Shown: one piece after another, positions 30,072-39,289 of the stretch
How the letters are laid out: each line of letters begins with the position of its first letter
How positions within the stretch are numbered: the stretch's first letter is position 1
NCBI GenBank assembly: GCA_963693365.1
Contig: CAVNZM010000013.1
Location: forward strand, 6,543,785 to 6,607,784
Length of the DNA: 64,000 nt
Source of the DNA: Amoebidium appalachense
Lineage: Eukaryota; Protista; Ichthyosporea
Direction: 5' to 3'
Program-made: the position numbers and the translations under genes
Notes under the pieces: model-generated
What the model was told of the DNA's origin: nothing
What the model saw: the letters and a program-made list of their open reading frames with translations, nothing else
Databases searched by the model: none

Positions 30072-30464
30072 CACATACCGCACACATAAAATTCGCGTGC
30101 CGCCCCAACCGGGTTACCCATTGACAATCACACATCGCACTTTCGACCTTGTGTGTGCGCCCGACAATGTTGCGGCGCGTGGGGGGCTGGGGGTGGCTGG
30201 GCGGGGCTGCCGTGGCTGGGGGTGGCTGGGGCGCGGGTGCCTCGCCTGCCTCGCGTGCCTCGCGTGCCTCGCGCGCGTGGTGGTTCCGGTGTTTCCTTTA
30301 TTGGTTCCTCGTGTGCCCCCCACAGCCACCCCCAGCCACCCAGGGCCCCGGGGGGGGGGGGTGCTCACCCCTCGCATGCCTCGCATGCCTCGCATGCCTC
30401 GCGCGCCTCGCGCGCCTCGCGGGGTGGGGTGTGTGTGCGTTTGTGTGTTTCTTCTCGGACAACT

Positions 30465-31133
30465 CTAATTTGCCATGATCTTGCTATACACTATCTTGTG
30501 GGCACGGGTGTGTCTGCCAGGTTTCCCTATAGAGACACGCTCTCCTGCGGGAACAAACGACGACCCGCCCAAAACCCGTGTCAGCACCGTTCCCAGTCTC
30601 TTGATTCCCACCTCGCAATCGTCCAACATATTTATATCAGCCCATTGCCGCATGCAACCGGCCATCCCCGATGTCGTAACCCAGGTCCCATTCTCGATAC
30701 CAAAGCTGTGTGTTCCGCGTGCGCCTGTCGCTATGTCCTTTAGAAAGTGTATTTCGTTCGACTCCTGTGCCCTCTCCGTTGGTTTTGTCCGGGTTGTGCA
30801 GATGCCCCCGTGACACCCCCAAATTAGCCGCAGAGTGTCGGGCTCCACCGTCACAAACACCCCAAGAGATTCTATGGTCTCAACGGCAACCCTATAAACC
30901 TCGATGGATGCGTAACCAAACAGGTGCACACGAGCCTGTCGACCAGGGTAGAAGCGTTGGTACGCCTGCACCTGTCCAAGCGCAGCCTTCCACTGTGCCA
31001 CACGCTTGACCTCGATGATCTGCGTGTCCGTGAGCAGGTCGATTCGGCCGGCTGGCGTGACCACTTCGCACTTCCCCCCCTCAATCCTGGCTAACCGATC
31101 TCTGACCGACGCTTCATCATACGATGCCATCAT
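30465..31133 (-). CDS. PD-(D/E)XK nuclease fused to a D5-C-like winged-helix domain
   Basis: EVVTPAGRIDLLTDTQIIEVK...WKAALGQVQAY; C-terminal EIHFLKD...RQW...RLGTVLTRVLG. Confidence 0.75.
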   Translation of the reverse strand: MMASYDEASVRDRLARIEGGKCEVVTPAGRIDLLTDTQIIEVKRVAQWKAALGQVQAYQRFYPGRQARVHLFGYASIEVYRVAVETIESLGVFVTVEPDTLRLIWGCHGGICTTRTKPTERAQESNEIHFLKDIATGARGTHSFGIENGTWVTTSGMAGCMRQWADINMLDDCEVGIKRLGTVLTRVLGGSSFVPAGERVSIGKPGRHTRAHKIVYSKIMAN

Positions 31134-31784
31134 AATAGGGTACAAAAAAACATGACTCGTCTTTATATTATAAGCCAGTCGGGGTGTTATGAGTCCGATA
31201 TAACACCAATCACAACAACACCACCGACACACCACCAACCTACCCAAGTTACCACCAACCTACCAACAGTAATCGCGATTTGATTAGTAGAATTAGACCC
31301 AAACGTCGATTTCACTTATAAATAGTAGGTTGGGTAGGTTCAGTGGGTTGTTTTGGGGTTGAGTCGAGCTGGGGCAAAAACAAACGAACACCAACGATGT
31401 GTGTTTGGAGGGGCCCCTCCGAGAACCTACCCAACCTACCGAAGTTACCAAACCCCCCAACAACCAATGAAATACGCCCGTTAAACCAAGAAACCAATCG
31501 GATGGCTTTGTTTAAACGTTTGCGCAAAACCCAAGCTACCACCAAGTGGCCGAAGTTACTGAAAGGAAGCTGGCGATCACTTATGCGAAAGTATCTTCGA
31601 GAACGAAACTCGATAAGCACGCGATGTCTTTGACACTGCCCCCACTGCCACCGATTCGCGTAGCGGTACATGCAGCGCCTCTCCAAACAACATGTGCACA
31701 GAAAATATGTTATCCCCCCCCCCCACACCCCTCTTGCCCCGGTGCGTGTTGGGGTCGCGCAGATATTTTCTATACCGTATCATA

Positions 31785-33308
31785 ATGGACACGTCCGACT
31801 CAGCTATGTACTTTACAGATGTGGATCAGCATGCCGTGGAACAGATAAGCAGAAAGCGGTTTGAGGCTTTTGAGTACTTGGGACCAGACGCCTTTATGGG
31901 GCTTCGTATGAACCCAGCCACATGTGACAGTCGAGAATGGACCAGAGAGCAGGTGGAAATGTTCATCGGCGCAAATGTCGCACACATCGCCGGTACAACA
32001 ATGTTTGTGCTTAAAACATACGATCACGAATTGGGTGTGCACGTTGCAAAGATAGTGAGCAAGCAAGAGATCTTTGCGACCCTGTCGTTGTTCTCGTTCC
32101 GACAACCAGTAGACAGAAGTGGTAAAACCGCGAAGCCCCAGCCTCCAATTAATGGCACCGAAATACTCAAGACTACCGCAATCCCAATATATACCAAGAT
32201 CATTTTTGACCCCTCAGATCCTGACCCCAAAACACAAGCACGCAAACCAACCAACATAGATCCCGTGTACCGGCCGTACAACATATACAGAGGTTTGCGC
32301 ATCAAGTATGACCCGGAGTATGGTCTGCGGGATGATCTCACACGTCTCTTCAAGGAGCACGCGTTCAAAGTGCTTTGCAACGGCCGAGCAGAGGAGTATA
32401 ACTATCTGCGGACATGGGTTTGTCATCTGTTCCAATATCCTGCAAACAAACCAGGGACTGCACTTCTCTTTGTATCAGAGCAGGGAACAGGAAAGAATGT
32501 GTGGTGGCAAGCCATCATGGATATCATTTCGCCAGAGTACTACGCATATGTCATCCATAGAGAACACATGTCGGGGAAGTTCAACCAACACCTTGCAAAC
32601 AAAATCCTGGTGTTGTGCGACGAAGTAACATGGGGCGGATCACATGAAACAAACAACCTCATGAAAGCGCGCATCACTCAGCCGACTATGATGCTTGAGA
32701 AGAAGGGATGTGATGCCATCAACACAAACTCATATGAGAGATATGTGGTGTTGTCCAACGAGGACTGGCCTGTGAGAGTGGAAACGAGTGACAGGCGCTG
32801 GGCCTGCTTTGGAGTGAGCCCCGAACGCATTGGAGACCACGAGTATTTCGAGCGGTTTGTCATATACCACAGACAGCCCGAGGTGTTGAAAGCCATATAC
32901 CACGACTTCATGAACGAGCCCTGTGTTCCACATACCATGCCGCGCCCCATTGACAACGACACAAAACTAAATATCAAATCAATCAGTCGTAGTGATGAGG
33001 CACAATTCTTGAAGGATCTCATTGCTCACAAAAACGGGTGTGAAAACTTTACCTTCATTCATGACGGATGCTCTGTAATACCTTCAGGTCTTTTCCAACT
33101 ATTTCGGGAATGGCACACGATGAACGCACGTGACACCAAAACTCCCAGCTTACGCACTTTTGGAAGTTCTATGAGGAAAATCCTGGGAAGGCCCAAGACA
33201 ACACTTGCAGCGAAGATCTGCACGTGGCCACTCCACCCACCTATAACAGGAACTTCGGGCAGGGCTGACTGCTACACCATATGTGCCCAAGCTATATCCA
33301 AGGTCTGA
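31785..33308 (+). CDS. D5-like superfamily 3 helicase (no obvious primase domain)
   Basis: Walker A SEQGTGKN, GKFN, Walker B LCDE, motif C LSNE, DRRW arginine finger, C-terminal winged helix. Confidence 0.88.
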   Translation: MDTSDSAMYFTDVDQHAVEQISRKRFEAFEYLGPDAFMGLRMNPATCDSREWTREQVEMFIGANVAHIAGTTMFVLKTYDHELGVHVAKIVSKQEIFATLSLFSFRQPVDRSGKTAKPQPPINGTEILKTTAIPIYTKIIFDPSDPDPKTQARKPTNIDPVYRPYNIYRGLRIKYDPEYGLRDDLTRLFKEHAFKVLCNGRAEEYNYLRTWVCHLFQYPANKPGTALLFVSEQGTGKNVWWQAIMDIISPEYYAYVIHREHMSGKFNQHLANKILVLCDEVTWGGSHETNNLMKARITQPTMMLEKKGCDAINTNSYERYVVLSNEDWPVRVETSDRRWACFGVSPERIGDHEYFERFVIYHRQPEVLKAIYHDFMNEPCVPHTMPRPIDNDTKLNIKSISRSDEAQFLKDLIAHKNGCENFTFIHDGCSVIPSGLFQLFREWHTMNARDTKTPSLRTFGSSMRKILGRPKTTLAAKICTWPLHPPITGTSGRADCYTICAQAISKV

Positions 33309-33638
33309 CCCCATTCTTTTTCTCCTGATATTCTCATTATGTTCTCATTATACTAATTAGCATAATGGGAACATAAGGGGATAATCATTGGATAATTGTC
33401 ACGTGTTAATTAACAAGAACCAATCAAACTCAAGCTTGTTAACTCTACTACTATAAATGGCTAATTAATAAGGGGATAAGGAGAATAAGGGGGTGGTTTA
33501 AGCTATGGGGGTTGCAGCCTTTGGTGTCATTTCATTGGCTAACATGGGGGGGGATGCCTTTGCAAAATGGTCTGAAGTATCCCCTTATTCAGCATACCCC
33601 TTACGGAGGTGTATTTTTTCTTTCCTACTTATGAGAGG

Positions 33639-34103
33639 ATGTATTCAGCGTTTCTGTGTGAGTGGGAGACCTGTGGGAGACCCTTCGAGAGCAACGCAGC
33701 CCTCCAGCGACATCGTCTTACGCACACGGGTCAGAGGCCACATGTATGCCCTTGGCCTGGATGTTTCAGGGGGTTTACACAACGTTCTACTTTGGAGCTT
33801 CATTATCGGCTGCACACTGGGGAACTTCCTTTTCAGTGTGACTGGGAGGGATGCAAGGCCTCGTTCAGATGTAAGAGTAAGCTGAAGATGCATCAACGAA
33901 ACCATGCAGAGACGGGGACTTATAAATGTACATGGGATGGATGCGAGGCCAGTTTCAATACCAGAGATGCCATCAACACTCACATCAATCGGCATACGGG
34001 AGAACGGCCATACAAATGTAAAGAGCCAGGATGCTCTGCCTCATATCGCCAGAGGGCGAGCCTTGCATATCATGTTCGTCATCACCATAATAAACCCAAA
34101 TGA
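33639..34103 (+). CDS. C2H2 zinc-finger protein, five fingers
   Basis: CxWxxC...HxxxH fingers with HTGQRP, HTGELP and HTGERP linkers. Confidence 0.92.
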   Translation: MYSAFLCEWETCGRPFESNAALQRHRLTHTGQRPHVCPWPGCFRGFTQRSTLELHYRLHTGELPFQCDWEGCKASFRCKSKLKMHQRNHAETGTYKCTWDGCEASFNTRDAINTHINRHTGERPYKCKEPGCSASYRQRASLAYHVRHHHNKPK

Positions 34104-34223
34104 ACAAATCATGTCTTGTGACCTTTTTTCTACTCAAGATGGAAACTTCTCAAAGTGCTGTCCATCGACACGGTCTCTGCAATGATGCACTTGCCCGCTG
34201 AATATTTTGTACCCTAGTACACG

Positions 34224-34908
34224 ATGGCCACCTACAACGACGCGTTTGTCAGCGACAAATTGGCACGGATTGAAGGTGGGAAACGCGAAGTGGTGACCCC
34301 CGCGGGCCGCATCGACCTGCTCACAGACACGGACATCATCGAGGTCAAGCGCGCACCGCAGTGGAAGGCCGCACTCGGACAGGTGCAGGCGTACATGAAG
34401 TACTACCCGAGCCACCGACCACGGGTCCATCTGTTCGGCTATGCGTCAGCAGACGTGTTCAAGGTGGCCATCCAAACAATGTCAGACTTTAATATATGTG
34501 TGACGGTGGAACCTGACACGATGCAGCTTGTGTGGGGAAACCGACCAACTGCTACGCCCTCCAGGCCACAGGCGTGGTTCTGTTTCGGTGGAGGTACAGT
34601 TCTTGAAGGACGTGGCCAACGGATACGGTGTTGCAGCATCACAACTGGCGGAAGGGGGGATGTGGGTGACGACTGGCGGGATGCTGGAACTGATGCGCAC
34701 CTGGGCGAGCACAAGGGGAACGGGTACGGAAATTCGGGTGGGATCCAAAAGGTTGGGTTCGTGCCTCAAAAAGGTCCTTGGGGAGCGCAGCTGGGTCTAC
34801 TCGAATATGGTGAAAATAGGGAACCCCACATCGGAAACAACTATGGGGTATCGATTCGACAGAGACAAGGTCCTGAACTTTGAGAACAGCGGCCAGGCCG
34901 ACGAATAG
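34224..34908 (+). CDS. PD-(D/E)XK nuclease + winged helix, frameshifted near 34535-34580
   Basis: N-terminus close to 30465-31133 with intact D..EVK; the matching C-terminus (EVQFLKD...RTW...RLGSCLKKVLG) lies in ORF 34528-34908. Confidence 0.75.
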
Positions 34909-35110
34909 GGCGACCACATGCAGCACGCGCACGCCCGGGCGCGTGTGCGTCTGGAATCCATCAAACCCATGAACGGTAAAAAATGGGGGAAGCTCCGCGC
35001 GCGTACAATGCGCTGGCTGGCGAAACAGTCAAAGCCTGGTGTGGGGGGCTATTTTTAGGGATACCGGGTGTCTGTGTATGGTGTATTTTTTATTCGCACA
35101 CTGTTATAGG

Positions 35111-35467
35111 ATGTCTGCGGTAGGCTACGACGAGGCGTTCGTGCGCGAGCGACTGGCCGAGCTCGAGGACGGGGTGTGCGGGGTGCCCACACGGGCCGGC
35201 CGGATCGACGTGCTGACGAGCACGCAGGTCATCGAGGTCCAGCGCGCGTCGCAGTGGAAGACGGCGATCGGAAACGTGCTCGCATACAGCCACTACTACC
35301 CCGACCGCCAACCGCGGATCCACCTGTTCGACTATGCGCCGGCAGACGTGTACAGGATTGCCGTGCAAACCATCACGTCGCTCAACATCACGCTTACAAC
35401 CGAAGAGGACACGTTGCAGCTGATTTGGGGGGACGACGCGGGCAAAGACGTAAAAGACGAAAAATAA
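35111..35467 (+). CDS. PD-(D/E)XK nuclease-like paralogue, catalytic Lys lost
   Basis: GRIDVLTSTQVIEVQR...WKTAIGNVLAY; no winged-helix extension. Confidence 0.75.
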   Translation: MSAVGYDEAFVRERLAELEDGVCGVPTRAGRIDVLTSTQVIEVQRASQWKTAIGNVLAYSHYYPDRQPRIHLFDYAPADVYRIAVQTITSLNITLTTEEDTLQLIWGDDAGKDVKDEK

Positions 35468-35559
35468 ATAAAGAAGCCATGGGCAAAAAGTCAAAGCAGC
35501 GCAGAGTTGGCCAATAAACGGTCAAAGCTAGCGCGAAGTAGTGAATATTCAACGAAGCT

Positions 35560-35627
35560 AGCGCACACGGTAATAGCGCTCATGACCCTACTCTCAAACA
35601 ACACAGGTGCAAGCGCACGCATATCCC

Positions 35628-35681
<54 letters not shown>

Positions 35682-35799
35682 GCGCCCGGTGATAGCGCTG
35701 ATGACCCATCTCTCCAACAACACATGTGCAAGCGCACGGTGATTGCGCTCACGACCCTACTCTCAAACAACACAGGTGCAACTTGAAGCGCACGCATTC

Positions 35800-35851
<52 letters not shown>

Positions 35852-35940
35852 GCGCCCGGTGATAGCGCTGATGACCCATCTCTCCAACATGCGCTCATGA
35901 CCCTACTCTCAAACAACACAGGTGCAAGCGCAAGCATTGC

Positions 35941-35971
<31 letters not shown>

Positions 35972-36069
35972 ACACACACACAAAGCGCCCGGTGATAGCG
36001 CTGATGACCCATCTCTCCAACATGCGCTCATGACCCTACTCTCAACAACACAGGTGCAAGCGCAAGCAT

Positions 36070-36115
<46 letters not shown>

Positions 36116-36390
36116 ACACACAAAGCGCCCGGTGATAGCGCTGATGACCCATCTCTCCAACATGCGCAAGCATTGGGCCCCCCCCCCCCCCCCCCCCCCA
36201 CCCACCCACCCCCCCCCCACCCCCCCACACACGTACAAACACAAAGCGCCCGGTGATAGCGCTCATGCCCCTTCTCTCACACAACACATGTGGAAGCGCC
36301 CGGTGATAGCGCTCATGAGCCTACACTCAAACATAACAGGTGCAACCACACGCATTGCCCCCCACCCCCCCCCCCCCCCCCCCCACCCCC

Positions 36391-36439
<49 letters not shown>

Positions 36440-36568
36440 ACACACGCACAAACACAAAGCGCCCGGTGATAGCGCTCATGCCTCTTCTCTCACACAACAC
36501 ATGTGGAAGCGCCCGGTGATAGCGCTCTTGCGCCTACTCTCAAACATAACAGGTGCAAGCACACGCAT

Positions 36569-36603
<35 letters not shown>

Positions 36604-37030
36604 CCCCACACACGCACAAACACAAAGCGCCCGGTAATAGCGCTCATGCCCCTTCTCTCAAACAACACATGTGGAAGCGCCCGGTGATAGCGCTCACAAC
36701 CCTGCTCTCAAACAACACATGTGGAAGCGCCCGGTGATAGCGCTCATGACCCTACTCTCAAACAACACATGTGCAAGCGCACGCATTGAACCCCCCCCCC
36801 CCCCCCCCTCACACACACACACACACACACATGCACACGGTGGCTGCGTATCACCGTGCGCTTGCACCTGTGTTGTTTGAGAGTAGGGTCATGAGCGCTA
36901 TCACCGTGCGCTTGCACCTGTGTTGTTGGAGAGTAGGGTCATGAGCGCTATCACCGTGCGCTTGCACCTGTGTTGTTGGCGAGTAGGGTCAATGACATGA
37001 TCGCTATCACCATACCCTTGCTCATGAGCG
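35560..37030. repeat. Complex tandem array with inverted distal units
   Basis: AAGCGCCCGGTGATAGCGCT(C/G)ATGACCC units with poly-C/(CA)n spacers; reverse-complement units at about 36850-37030. Confidence 0.9.
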
Positions 37031-37096
37031 CCCCCCCCCCCCCCCCCAAAAACCCTCCTCCCATCTACCCGCACAACCCCAACCCCACATTATATC

Positions 37097-37504
37097 GTGC
37101 ACCGGGTAACATGGACGCTGGCGCACCCCTTCCCCCACCCAGCCCATTCGCACCCCCCTCCCCCGATCCGCACAAGCCCGCGCAGCACCCCCGGGCCCTC
37201 CCCCATCCTACTGGCCATCCTGGCCGGCCTGATCCTCTACGTGCTCTGGGACACGTTCAGCCCACGTGTGCGGCGGCGCCTGGCAGTGCTCAAGTGCCAG
37301 CGTGCGTGCCCAATGTGTGCCAGCTGCGGCAGCTGCGTTCCCCGCCGCAAGTGTGCGCACTGCCCCCGCTGCCACGTGTGCGGTGCCAGCCCCACCCGGT
37401 GCGCACAGTGCCCCGCATGCACGCGCTGCCCGCCCGAGCAAAAGTGCCCGGCGTGCCCCACGTGTGCGCATGCGCCTGCGGTGGTGATCAAGGAGCGCAC
37501 TTGA
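37097..37504 (+). CDS. TM protein with CxxC-repeat domain (start uncertain)
   Basis: ILLAILAGLILYVLW followed by many CxxC units; ATG 37111 is in another frame across C-runs. Confidence 0.6.
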   Translation: MHRVTWTLAHPFPHPAHSHPPPPIRTSPRSTPGPSPILLAILAGLILYVLWDTFSPRVRRRLAVLKCQRACPMCASCGSCVPRRKCAHCPRCHVCGASPTRCAQCPACTRCPPEQKCPACPTCAHAPAVVIKERT

Positions 37505-37540
37505 AGGGTTGGGTGAGCAGAGATTTTTGTGGCATAGAGT

Positions 37541-37801
37541 ATGGCGTACCGATGGGAGTACAAGCTGAAGGAGGAGCCCGGCAAGGCACCCGTGGTGCAG
37601 GCAACTATTGTGCCGACCGAGGCCACCACCCGGCGGACGCAGATGGAGCAACGAGTATATGCACAAGAGCTTGCGGAAAAGGGCTATATAGATCTGCCCG
37701 ATGAGTTGGCGGAGAAGTGTGGATTCAAGAAGTGGGTGCCCAAGAATCAACGACAGACAGCAATTGTACTGCAGAAGATGATGGAGCCTGAGGATGCATA
37801 G
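37541..37801 (+). CDS. Small hypothetical protein
   Basis: 86-aa ORF of ordinary composition. Confidence 0.55.
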   Translation: MAYRWEYKLKEEPGKAPVVQATIVPTEATTRRTQMEQRVYAQELAEKGYIDLPDELAEKCGFKKWVPKNQRQTAIVLQKMMEPEDA

Positions 37802-38009
37802 AGACCTACACAAGCCAAAGGATGAATGGACTCACACCACAAACATGGAAAATGTAAATGACGAGAGAATCTCCACAAACATGGAAAATGTAAATGACGA
37901 GAGAATCTGTTGGGATGTTTAATTTTGATGAGCTGGAGTCTATCCCCCCCCCCCCCCCCTCCCCCTCCCCTACACCGTTCAATGAAAACTTGGTAGCATG
38001 TGTATCATT

Positions 38010-38309
<300 letters not shown>

Positions 38310-38534
38310 CAATGTACGTGCCAGTGTGCTCGTACACAGATTGAAAAGGAGACTTGGGGTATATTAAATGGAGTCTCTCCCGCTACCACGGGCAAATACA
38401 TTCAATAGTCATTACGGAAACTTGGTACTGTTACCGGGCAAATACAATATACATGAAAATTTGGATAAGATTGAAGCAGATCACATTCGAATAAACATTA
38501 CAGAAAACTTGGTATGAAAACTTTGTACCACGTC

Positions 38535-38795
38535 TTTCCTCCACCACACCCATCACAAACCCTAAGTAAGATGTGAATGTGGGGCCTACCCGCCGCCACC
38601 ACCACAACTACGTTTCCCCCACCGCACCCACCACAAACCCTAAGTAAGATGTGAATGTGGGGCCTACCCGCCGCCACCACCACAACTACGTTTCCCCCAC
38701 CGCACCCACCACAAACCCTAAGTAAGATGTGAATGTGGGGCCTACCCGCCGCCACCACCACAACTACGTTTCCCCCACCGCACCCACCACAAACC
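38535..38795. repeat. 78-bp tandem repeat x3
   Basis: AAACCCTAAGTAAGATGTGAATG at 38557, 38635 and 38713. Confidence 0.9.
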
Positions 38796-38804
38796 ATGTG
38801 TGGT

Positions 38805-39146
38805 CTACCCACTCAAAAGCTCCTCCTCGAACTGCTCAAGCTCCTCCTCGAACTGCTCGATGTCAGCCTTGTACTTCTCTCTCAGCTTTTTCCACTGTGC
38901 ATGGGACACCTGTGGGTTGATAGTTGGGTGTAAGTAGTAGTCCAGCCAGGTGATTTGTTTATGCAAGGCTCAGACATCACTGTATGCCATTACCTCAAAC
39001 ACACCCACGCACCCACCAATACACCACCATGGCACACACCCACAGGAAACGAACTCCTACGTGTGGACCAGGTCAAGAAAAACTCTGCAAGGACTCAAAA
39101 AACCGTTTTTACGAACCCCTACATGTAATTGTGAATGCTAGGGCAT

Positions 39147-39200
<54 letters not shown>

Positions 39201-39245
39201 GTGTTTTTTTGTTTGTTGTTTTTTTTGGTTTGTTTTTTTTGGTTT

Positions 39246-39289
<44 letters not shown>

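Larger units (their letters stand above)
27160..30450. repeat. Family of GC-rich intergenic blocks (about 27160-27380, 27770-27890, 29157-29660, 30110-30450)
   Basis: Recurrent GTGCCTCGC/ATGCCTCGC units, GGGGCTGGGGG tracts and shared CCATTGACAATCACAC. Confidence 0.7.

Noticed and set aside
29658-35467. Polinton/virophage or transposon identity for the helicase-nuclease cassette
   Set aside because: No integrase, protein-primed polymerase, packaging ATPase, capsid gene or terminal inverted repeats visible.
38557-38722. CCCTAA telomere-like hexamers
   Set aside because: Single hexamers within a 78-bp repeat, not a telomeric array.
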